DNA of 64,000 nt from the NCBI GenBank assembly GCA_043228905.1, contig JBHGNT010000006.1, positions 21,452,001 through 21,516,000 of the forward strand. Reading direction: 5' to 3'. Origin of the DNA: Azolla caroliniana. Lineage: Eukaryota > Plantae > Polypodiophyta. The position numbers were made by a program, and so were the translations under genes. Shown here one piece after another: positions 24,988 through 36,302 of the stretch; within the stretch, counting starts at the first letter, position 1, and each line of letters opens with the position of its first letter. Below the pieces are notes generated by a model, which did no database searches, was not told the DNA's origin, and saw only the letters and a list, made by a program, of their open reading frames with translations.

Positions 24988-25008
24988 AGAAGAGAGAGAG
25001 CACAGCCC
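24988..25008 (+). ncRNA. miR529: Mature miR529-5p
   Basis: 21-nt sequence matching the miR529 family consensus as recalled (AGAAGAGAGAGAG[C/U]ACAGCCC). Confidence 0.88.
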
Positions 25009-25449
25009 AGTCCTTATAGACAGAGATCTAATCTATCTAGATTCTATAATGTATGTAATATGTATATATAAATCCCTCTGCTACTACCACTTTCTAGTAG
25101 TATGTAGTCAGTCAATACCTGTTACTTCATCACTAACAATACTCCATAATAATAATTATAATAATACTTATATAAATTCTTTTTATTTCTCTTCTGGCTG
25201 CCAAATTAGTAGTAGTCTTCTGGCTGCTAAATTAGTAGTAGTCAATGTATGTACCTGCTGCTAGCTAGTTTTTTTTTTCCCCCTTTCTTCTGCTGCATAA
25301 TTAGTCGCACAATACCTGTTAGCTCATTAAAGTAAATTTTTCTAATTACAAATTACTATATAGTATTGAATTCCATGTTTGTGAGGTTTATTTTCTGCTG
25401 CTGCATTAGTTTAATCATAATCATAATAATAATAATAATAATCATAATT

Positions 25450-25832
25450 TGTTTCTTATTATCTGCTTTTTGTACAAATCACCTAGGTCACAAATTGTTT
25501 CTGATTATCTGCTTTTTTGTACAAATCATCTAGGTCACAAATTGTTTCTGCTGTTACATTTATTAGGCTAATAATAATAGTAATTAAGAATAATAAAGTA
25601 TTGGTTTCTTATTAATCTGCCTTTTTTATACAAATCATCCAGGCCACACTTTTTTTTTCTGCTGTTACATCTATTAGATTAATAATAATAAGAGTAATAA
25701 GAATTGGTTTCTTATTAATCTGCTTTTTTTGTACAAGTCATCCAGGCCACAAATTATACTGCTAATTAGCTTAGATCAGTAAGTATAATAATTATTGGTT
25801 TCTTAGTAATCTGCATTTTGTACAAATCATAC
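25450..25832. repeat. Diverged tandem repeats inside the miRNA loop
   Basis: About 5 copies of GTTTCTTATTAATCTGCTTTTTGTACAAATCATC(C/T)AGG(C/T)CACA with variable spacers. Confidence 0.8.
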
Positions 25833-26150
25833 AGCTAATTTGTCTTAGGAATCCTTAGCTTACTTACTGCTTGGCACAGATTTTCCGATTCCGCCTAATG
25901 GGATGGATGGATGGATGAATCTCTGTGCTCAAGGATTTCGGCATAATCCACATAAATAAATAAAAATCAGTTTTTAACGATTTGCTTAAAATTTCGGAAC
26001 AATTTTAAGCAAATGGGCTCCTGAGATCATATAATTTTATGTTAGATATAATGATTTTGCGGGCTGTGCTCTTCTCTCTTCCGCCCCTCTCACCCCACAC
26101 ACACACACTCAACAGTCATACACTGCATCTCTCTCTCTCTCTGTTATTGT

Positions 26151-26374
26151 TGTCTGTCTGATTTTTAAAAATTCAAACTACTAAATTCCCTCAAAAGTCT
26201 GTCTGATTTTTAAAAATTCAAACTACTACATTCCCTCAAAAGTCTGTCTGATTTTTAAAAATTCAAACTAATAAATTCCCTCAAAGTCTGTCTGATTATT
26301 AAAAAATTTTAACTGATAAATTCCCTCAAAAGTCTGTCTGATTTTTTAAATTTCAAACTAATAAATTCCCTCAA
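26151..26374. repeat. About 45-bp tandem repeat, 5 copies
   Basis: GTCTGTCTGATTTTTAAAAATTCAAACTA(C/A)TAAATTCCCTCAAAA. Confidence 0.9.
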
Positions 26375-26417
26375 TATATATCACCATGTTATGCCTTGCT
26401 TCTTGTTGGGAATCTGA

Positions 26418-26675
26418 GTCAGAATCAGAATCAGAATCAGGCCGAAGAAGAATCCGTTGAATCAGACAAAGAATCCATTGAATCAGAAGAAGAATCCGTT
26501 GAATCTAATAAGAATCCGAAGAAGCATCCGTTGAATCAGAATCCATTGAATCCGAAGAAGAATCCGTTGAATCAGAAGAAGAATCCGAATCCATTGAATC
26601 CGAAAAGAAGAATCCGTTGAATCAGAAGAAGAATCCGAATCCATTGAATCAGAAGAAGAATCCGTTGAATCAGAT
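26418..26675. repeat. 21-bp-based minisatellite
   Basis: GAAGAAGAATCC(G/A)TTGAATCA units and GAATCA hexamers. Confidence 0.85.
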
Positions 26676-27067
26676 GAGAGAGGGGAATCATTGGGACGCT
26701 GATTTTGGAAATTGTACTGCCATGTGTCGTTTTAATTGAATTGAGTATGCTATATATTTATTCTTTGTCTGTATATACACATATATAAACAAACATTTGC
26801 TGCAGAAAACAGAGCCATGATATACGGATACGGATACGGATACGGTGCAAAAAACAGAGCCCTGATATACGGATACGGTGCTGCAGGATAAATACGGATA
26901 TGGATGCTCCTACGTACCATGTCTCCGTACGTTTTACGTCGCGTCCGTACAATTAAAAAAAAATCGAAACAAGCTAAATTGTACGTATTATTAGCTGATG
27001 TTGTGATTTACTATCATTACGTTGCATACTTATATAGTTGAAAATCAAGCAAGTAAATTTGTACGTA

Positions 27068-27585
27068 TTAATTATTGTGATTATTATTATTAGACCAAGT
27101 TCATTAATATGATTACGATTATTGTTACTAATTATTGTGGTGATTATTATTAGTAGATTACGATTGTTACTAATTATTGTGGTGATTATTATTAGTAGAT
27201 TACGATTGTTACTAATTATTGTGGTGATTATTATTAGTAGATTACGATTGTTACTAATTATTGTGGTGATTATTATTAGTAGATTATGATTGTTACTAAT
27301 TATTGTGGTGATTATTATTAGTAGACCAAATTTATTAATATGATTACAATTATTGTTACTAATTATTGTGGTGATTATTATTAGTAGACCAAATTTATTA
27401 ATATGATTACAATTATTGTTACTAATTATTGTGGTGATTATTATTAGTAGACCAAATTTATTCCCATGATTATGATTATTACTATTAATTACTGTGGTGA
27501 TTATTATTGTTAGACCTAATTTTTTACGATGATTACGATTCTTATTATTAATTATTGTTGTGATTATGATTATGATTATGATTAT
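27068..27585. repeat. AT-rich minisatellite with 42-bp and about 63-bp units
   Basis: AATTATTGTGGTGATTATTATTAGTAGATTACGATTGTTACT repeated. Confidence 0.9.
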
Positions 27586-28477
27586 TACAATACCTGTTAT
27601 ATTGCGCTGTTCACCCTAATTCTACAGTTAATATAGCATCAATTTAGCTCTTCTGCTACCCAAATTACTCTGTTTAAATTTAAAATTAGTTTAGCTGCCC
27701 TGCTGCGTTATTTGATCGATTCCGCGTTTCTGACCACGTAAATGAATTTTGTCTTTCTGTCTCCCAATTTAATTTTTCCACAGACTGTATATGTATCTAT
27801 AAAGTAGACAAAGCACCATTATTGATTATTTTTGGGTTTTCATTGCAGGAATATATTGCTGCTCTAATTATATTCGGAACCTTCGATTTCTTGATAATTA
27901 AACCACCACTAATTATTAAACTTATTTACATATTGCTGTAACTATTTAGATCTAGGAATTAAATATGCGTTACTTAATTAATTAATGTAGCTTAAGGAGT
28001 TGCAATATAATCCTCAAATTTATGGATGACACTCTATTGATCGTTAACTTAATTTTAAGTAATTAAGGTAACTCACGATTTAAATTATAATCTTCAAAAT
28101 CAAAGGATTGACACTTCATTATTTTTTGGTACTCTCAGTATCTAATTATCTTCCTGTCATCGAGATCTGCTTCGATTTTCCTTGATAATTATCCAATCGG
28201 CATATTTATAATTGAAGCATTGCATTCTTTGATTAGAGAAGTTTAATAACGTAGTAACATAATATGCATATTATTTGGTTGTGCCATCAAATAATTCATT
28301 GCAAAACCTTCTAATAAATTGTTTGATGATCAGAGTTATATTGTTAACATATATTTATTATCTTTTTGTGCCTTTTTTTTTATTTTTTTGTATTCAGTTT
28401 ACATGAAAGCAGTTACAAGAAAACATAACACGATTTTTAAGTTCGAAATAGTTTCATTTTTGTAAATTGGATCATTA

Positions 28478-28640
28478 AAACAGAGATCCAACGATAAATT
28501 ACGATTGGAATTATTCCACTTTAACAGAGATCCAACGATAAATTACTATTGGAATTATTCCACTTTAAAAGAGATCCAACGATAATTTACTATTGGAATT
28601 ATTCAACTTTAACAGAGATCCAATGATAAAATATTATTGG
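28478..28640. repeat. 44-bp tandem repeat, about 3.6 copies
   Basis: AACAGAGATCCAACGATAAATTACTATTGGAATTATTCCACTTT. Confidence 0.85.
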
Positions 28641-31600
28641 ATATATAAAGGTACACAAATTCTTTTTAGTTTTAATCTCTTGTACAACTGGATCATACTA
28701 GATTCCATTGAAATACTTTCATGGTTTGAAAACTTGTTACATTTTGTGAGTAAAAAAAGCCTCAGGGAAGATGCAGTATTTGCAGATAATTGTATCATAA
28801 AAGATTTGACAAAATTCCTCCAATATATATATGCTCAATAATTATTATTTTGTGTTAAGTACTACAATCTCTTCGCTCACATTCATTATAAAAGTACCTT
28901 TTTTCTTCTGTTATATAAACTGAATCAGAATCATAAGAAGAAAAACCTTCATATTCAATGCAATACAATACATGTTGGCTACTCATCAAATGTTATATAA
29001 TCTACAATTGTTTTTGCAACATGACCAAAGAGGTACAATGTAATATGAATGTGGACGTGTAATATTTTACAATAATAAGTTTGTTCGCCGTGACCAAGTA
29101 AGTTGTTTGTTCCATCATGACGTAATTTCCTTGGGGCATTATTGTTACAATGTGTTGTGGTCGAGATCTTCACCATTCCTTGATTGTACGAAAGGCTTCA
29201 TTGTATTTACTCCATTGTATTTGAACAGATGATGGGTAGGATCGTGTAAAAAGTGCATTTGCTCTTAACACACAATTCATGGGAGGATCGATGCCTTTGT
29301 TGATGGATGGCCATTGTTGTATCACCCCTACACCACACTAATTCTTCATCCCCATTTTGTTTTCATGGCAACTGGTTTTGGGCTTAAAAAGACTCCTCTC
29401 GACAATATTGATAAAGATGTCATGAACTGGTTTCTACTTTGCACCGACTAAGTTCACAAAACTTGCACCAGAGCTTCACAGGGAAAAGAATCTCCATGAT
29501 CCTATCTTTAATATGATCAATCCATATTCCTCGTTAATTTGGTTATGTTTCCCAAATTGAGGGATTTTTTTTCTCGCAATTGAAGTATTGTTTCTTTTTG
29601 GACTTTACTTTTCATGACAAGGGGGATGTTTGTAAGTATTTGAACTTTGATTTTGTGTAATGATGCTCATCGATGATGTGGTCTCATTCATTCTCAGAAA
29701 AGTTTGTGAGGGATCTTTTTCTCGTCTAGTTTTAATCGAGGTCACCATGGCGTTTTAATTGTGGATCTAGGGCTATAGCTAGAACAAGTTATTATCATGT
29801 GTGCTTGTAGTCTAAATCGTTCAATATCAACTCATATAGTCGTTGGTAGTGGTCTCTAGACTTTGAACACAAGCTTTTGGCATCCAAGTTATATATGATA
29901 CACAATATATGACTTCTCTTAAAGCTACATGCCACGTAGAAGTTGACATCATCAACAATGGTTAACTATATCAACAAAGGATTGTGGGCCCAAATTTATA
30001 TTTCCACCAAGTTAAGCATTTGCTTCAATGGTAACTCGATTATGTATTGGCTTTACGGTATACCCCAACAATAGCACTTGAATAATCATCCATTCTCTTC
30101 TACCTCTTATTGTCGTTATTGCAAGCATTCATGTGTCCTCTAGGGATAGTTTATCCTTCATTGCTCATCAGAGTTGGTTCTCCAAACCCTTAAGATATTA
30201 GGCACAACAATTTTCCATGAACTTGCTTCTAACCTATCCAAGCTATATGGCAACCTCATATTAGACATAAATTCTCTGTTTACACATTAATTGAGAGGAT
30301 GCGTTTTAATAGCATCAAGAAATCACCAAAAACTCAAATGTAGGATTCAAAATTTATGCACAATGTTTCATATACTAAATTCAATGATCAAAGTTTATTC
30401 CCACAATGAAAGTCTTAGGTAGTTAGACTCGAATATTAAACACTTGGAATCCTATCATTCTTTGGCAATATCTATTTTCCCCACATATGGTTATATATTT
30501 GGGTACTTCTACACCCCCCCTACACCCCCCCCCCCCCCTTCCCCCCCCACATGAGCCACATGTACTTGTACATAATTAACCATTTTCGTAGATATTCACC
30601 TTGATGCCTCATACGTTATATAAATTCTGACCTTATTAGAAAATCTATTGGAACGGAACATTCAGTGCTTGTACAACGTATTTAATGAACACCAAATGTA
30701 GGTCATCTCCTTGAACAAGATGTGTGTATAATAAATATAGATACAAAGATTTTGGCCAATTTATTACTAGTTTCATTCAAGTTACACTTGAACATGTATC
30801 AAATCGTTGGTTTTTTAGTTTAATAAGGGAAATCAATACCTTTGGGTGTCATAGATTTCTTGCATGTATGTGGAAATCCACCATGTTAACTTGCACATAG
30901 TCAATACCAAACATACTTTCAAGTGATTAAATGGGGTTCATATACTACTATATTGACTATCATCGTGCAAGCTAACGAATCATTTCACAACGATCAAACA
31001 TCAGATCCAAAGTGAACATAATTGAATGATGTGCTCCACAATATTGAAAAATAGAATATAGCCATGCAAGTGTTTACATTTAAATGGAGTTTCCATGTCG
31101 TGGGTAAGTTGTTAAAAGTTGCGTAGAATAACAAGGTCTGTTTTAAAAGGTTCTCTCAACATAAATAGGCTCAAGATATCAACTACCTACATATATGCTA
31201 CCCATTGAAAATCCAATCAGACAAAACTTCTAGAGTAGTGGAGCGATAAGAACATTGTGTAAGAGGGAAAAAATAAACAAGATGTATGGATCAGAAAACT
31301 CCAAGCACTACATGTTACTAATTATATTGCTTAGTTTTGTCTAGTTGTTGCTAAGGTTGTTTAGTGAAAATCCTAAAGAAATGCATTTTCTTCCTAACAA
31401 TCCATACTGGCATCTGGCAAATACAAGAATTTTATATGGGGTGCAAATCAAGATTTGTCTTTGTTTCCTTGAAATAGGTTACTACTCATCTAAGTGGATT
31501 GTAGGAAAAATGGTGGTAAATGTATTATGAGAAAAACCAAGATTTATAATTTACTATTTGAGGGTTTGAAATATTGTTTAGGAGAAAATATATATGGTAA

Positions 31601-34600
31601 AAAAGCAAAGATAATGTGATAAGATAGGCTTTGAACCCATCACCTTTTGTCGAGAACATACGTAGCTTACGTTTAGATGAGTTCCAATGTGAAATAATTA
31701 AAAACATTTATCTCAAAGACCAAATATGACTAATATATGAAAGTGCATAATTGATTTTGATGTTCTAGAAATAAAACGATGAATGTTGCACTTAACAATG
31801 CATATTGGGATGGTAAAGCAAACTCAAAAGTGTCTTTGTTCAAATGTTGTGTGAAGCAAACTTGAATTCAAATCAAGGTGGAACTTTGTAATAGATTGTG
31901 ATACTCTTGATTCACAATCTTAGTCATATTAAAACCTATGATGATGAATGTAGCTTCTTATCGTTGGTGCCACAACCCCTTGTCTCATATTGAACAAAAA
32001 GTGAGCTACGTTGAATGGAATTGATATTGTGGGTAGGTGCTAGAGCGTATGTGTTACTAGATGTTGAAAGAAGAATGTAGTTTTATAAGGTGGTGCAACA
32101 TATGCAATAGATTGTGTGATGCATAAACATCCACATCTTTCCCAAGCTGTCATACATTAGCATTACAGAAATGTCTCAATCACAAAGCCATCATAATTAA
32201 GCAAATGTATTGCATCCCCAATGTATTTTAGCATCTATGAATATGTAATATTTAGATTTTGTGTCTTTTCAACTTTTTTCCTTGGTTCAATGCAATTCTT
32301 GAAAGTTGATGTTAGAGTTCTCTCTTTAGTGTGTACTCCACAACTCATAATAATGCCATTTATTTCGATGGAAATAATCTGGCCTCAAGAAGTAGGATCA
32401 TGTATAGTATGTGTATCTTGACTTGAAGAACCTTTAGTTGTAACATATACGTACACATGCACTATATTGGTAATCAAGATTATAGCCTTAGGGTTTAGGG
32501 TAGGAGAGGATGAATAAGGAGCATTAAAATTCAGATTTTGATAGCCTACAACACAAAATCTTCAACAAGTGCAACCCTAATGTAGGTTGTGTAAGTTCTC
32601 TAATGTTGGTGGTATGGGTAGTAAATAAATATGTAAGAGTACTATTGAACTTTGGAAATGGTAGCTAAATGCTTTTTAACAAAGGTTGGGAATGCATGAA
32701 ACACTATAGAGGGCTAACATATACATATAGGTGACGTGACCCCAAGTGAAAGGGCACCTCTAATTGCCTCTTTATAGCCCTTCGCAATGAGCAAGTTAAA
32801 AAGACAACAAAAATGTTACGCCACAGAGAAATATGAGAAGGTTCATTTAGAGGGATCTCAATATTTTGAGTTATAAATACGTAAACTTTTCTTTAATGCT
32901 TATTCTAATCAATAAAATTATATTTTATTTTATTGATGTTATTATATTAGAATCGATTGGTGTTTAAGGAATTTTGTGATGAATGAAAACATGAGTGTTG
33001 TTAGCGTACAATACAATGGCATTGCTATGGTGATGTGTGGAGTCATATGTATTTAACTTTTAAGTAAACAATATCACTTAGGTGCATGACTATAGATTGG
33101 AAATCTAATATTCTAGTGTGAGTGACATCTTGTGGGTGAAGACATGTATCAATGGAGCCATTTTGTAATGCTTGCATTTAAATCAAATAAGAAATGTATT
33201 ATCCTTTCACATTTATCTACTAGAAGTTGTCGGTCATCTCTTGAGTGCTAGAAAAACTTTAAGCCAATTATAGACCGGAGGTCAAGGAAAAAACTTAAAG
33301 GCTATAAAAGCATGAAATATTGTATAGACTGGAATATTGTAAGCATGCTTTTACATGTGTGCATTTACTATAGATGAATGTTGACGGCATTCAACATGTT
33401 AGATCTTGTATTTACAAAATCCTATTTGAACACCATATTGACCATGTATGTCACTTGATTTGATATGCAAAACAAGAATAATGTTACATGGATAGGTGTG
33501 TCGGGTCGAAAATTATGGACTTGTGTCTACCAATGCATGTTTAGGGATAAGCTTGTAATGACTCACCATATACAACATTGGTTGAGTGCATTTATTGTAG
33601 AGCATGATGTTGACGATGTTTAAGATTTCACATCCAGTGTATATGGAAACTCATAATAATTCCAAATTGTATGTGTAGATAACTTAATGATATGTTTCCC
33701 TTGCATACAAAGGACAATGTTGGACTAGATAGATTTACAATTTTATACTGAAAATAGGTAACCTCTACTCAAATGCATGCATGTATGTGTGCTAGCATCA
33801 TATACGTGCATGTATGAGTAGATGTATGATGGATGTGATACATCTGACAGAAAAAGTAGAAATGGAATGAAAAAGGCTAAGGTAGTGTGAAACATCATAC
33901 AGTGTTGCATCTATCCTCATGTATATGTTAAGCTAGACACCCAAATGATTTGACATAGCATTTCATGGGTATCATATCAATATTTGATGTGTTTTTCTTT
34001 CTCTGTAATGACACTAAAGGTGTGTTCTAATAGTACATTAATTGATATATCTTTGATACCTCATAAACTGATCTATCACACATTAATAAGTAGGCTTTCA
34101 TCTAAAGGAGTGTTTGAATAATGCATGCAAACATCATATTTAGTTGTGAAAGGTTTCTCATACTTTTTATCTAAATTGAGACCATGATAGAACACCTCAT
34201 ATGAGACTAAGGATCAACACCCAACTTGATTGTTCGAGGTATGATACGTTTTGTGCACATATAAACAACTATAATGTGTTATTGAATTAGTCTCTCATTT
34301 TTTATTTTAATATTCCATCTATTCTATCATTCGTAAATGAGGTAAGGGATGTAAAGAAACAAATGCCTCAATATGAAGATGCAAATCATAGAGGGCAAAG
34401 CTTATTCACCAAATGATTTAAAGAGACTCATTCTTACATATGAAATCTCTCAATGGACACGAGTTCATGAAGCTAATTTCTAGTCTTCGTCTATATCATT
34501 GAACTCATATATATTGACTGAATACATATGTCATGTAAAATCTTTACGACGTAAATGTTGGAGGTATTACCCTGGAGAAATGGTATATATATTTTTGTTG

Positions 34601-36302
34601 ACCCCACTGTAAAATCCTATTCTCATGGAACCTTGATTTCAAATCTAGCTTGGATGGGAATATGACACCAGATTCCAAGAATTTGGTAATATTTGAAACA
34701 ATCTCAATCTGATTCCAAGTCATTGAAATGTCCAAGTTTAATTGTGACTTAGTAGTGATATCTTGGGAAACACTGTTACATCAAATTAAGCTAGAAATGC
34801 ATGCCTTTGTTCAATGAAAGCTAGAATCTTCCATGAAAGCATGTAGATTAATTTCTAAAACACAATTGGTGGTCCATATTTATGTTTGGAAATTTGTAAT
34901 CCAATGAAAAGTTCCATGAAAAACCTTAGCAAATTAGACTTCAAATTTATGGATGGAGATTACATCATGGCAAGCCACAAAAGGTCATGTCAAACTTTAG
35001 GCATCCTTATAACTCGGTTTTGTTGATCATTAAGAGCGACTTTCAATATGGCCATGTTTTCATTAAGATGTAGTAACAATTCAAAAGTATCCAGGCACCT
35101 ATTTTATACGTTTAAATAAATTTTGGGGCGTCAAATGAATTTATCTTACACAACTATTGGCCCATGTCAAATAGTGTCTCATTAAGAAACTTGTAGGTAT
35201 CAAATTGAATGATGATTTTAACATTTTAAATTTAGCTTTAGATGGGATAGAATGTTCGATACCCTTTTTCACAATGCATTGAGTCACATGGAAATATTGG
35301 CGTTTGTGCTTACAATATTAAAAAAGGACACTTGCAACAAGCAAGAAGTTTAGTGGAGATATTGAATGTCTTCCTGAAGTGCTAGATAAATCCATTGTTT
35401 TGAGATATTATAATCTAAAAGACTTTATGATTATGCATCTTCAGATACTAATGCATGTTCTGAAATATTTGGATTTATACACTTTATAATAAGACAATCT
35501 TAAAAAGAAAAGAAGCATGGGGATTAAATTGCTTGACCCATTTTTCTTTGGATAGAGATCAAATGTATTGAGCACCCTACGAAAGGCTTTTACATATTGC
35601 ATGTCCCACTAATCAATGTGAACCAATTCTAAGAGGATGAGACATTCTAAGACATTTTGTGTAGCTACAAAAGTAGGAATGATTGAGCACCAAATAAGAT
35701 TCTTTTGTATAAGGAACCACAGACTGCATTGCAAACACCATTGGGGTCTTCGAAGATTGGCCATAACAAAAACGTCTCAAACTGCACTAAAGCTTGGTAC
35801 TCTTGCCCATCGCCCCATTAGTTTGTTTGTTTTCCACTATCTTAATTTATATAACAATATGGCAAATTATGGCAATATAGCTTATGATAAATTCAACAAT
35901 TAATGACCATCATCAATGAACTTCGAAAATCGGCGCGCAAACGTTGTGATTTTTGTATCAGGTATATTAAGACTTTTGAGCATTTAATTTGACCTCCTAC
36001 CCAAAGCATAGCAAACTAGCAAATTTAATGCATATAATAGAGATAGACACATTAAGCATATGTATTTGATTTGACACACAGCAGCAAATTTAGATTTGGA
36101 TGCTTTAGGTAGGAGTTGAAAGTTCTGAAATTTGAGAATACAAGAATAGAAATAAAGATCGAAAGACAAAATACGTGAAACCTCCCAAGTTCCATGTATT
36201 TTGTCATCCTGAATCCATTGCCATTTCGCTCACGTATTCCAACCCATTTTTGTACCATCTGAGGAGATGGAAAAATTAACTAATGGAAAAAGGGAAATTT
36301 GA

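Larger units (their letters stand above)
24971..26100 (+). ncRNA. MIR529: MIR529 (miR156/529 superfamily) precursor with very long loop
   Basis: Mature AGAAGAGAGAGAGCACAGCCC at 24988-25008; complementary arm GGGCTGTGCTCTTCTCTCTTCC at 26061-26082 (one bulged nt); flanks TGTGGTGTGTGAGGTGC / GCCCCTCTCACCCCACA extend the basal stem. Confidence 0.85.

Noticed and set aside
26396-26620. Short E/S/NP-rich ORF
   Set aside because: Translation of a minisatellite, no ATG start
28900-35600. Decayed TE fragments
   Set aside because: No sustained reading frame or termini recognisable by eye
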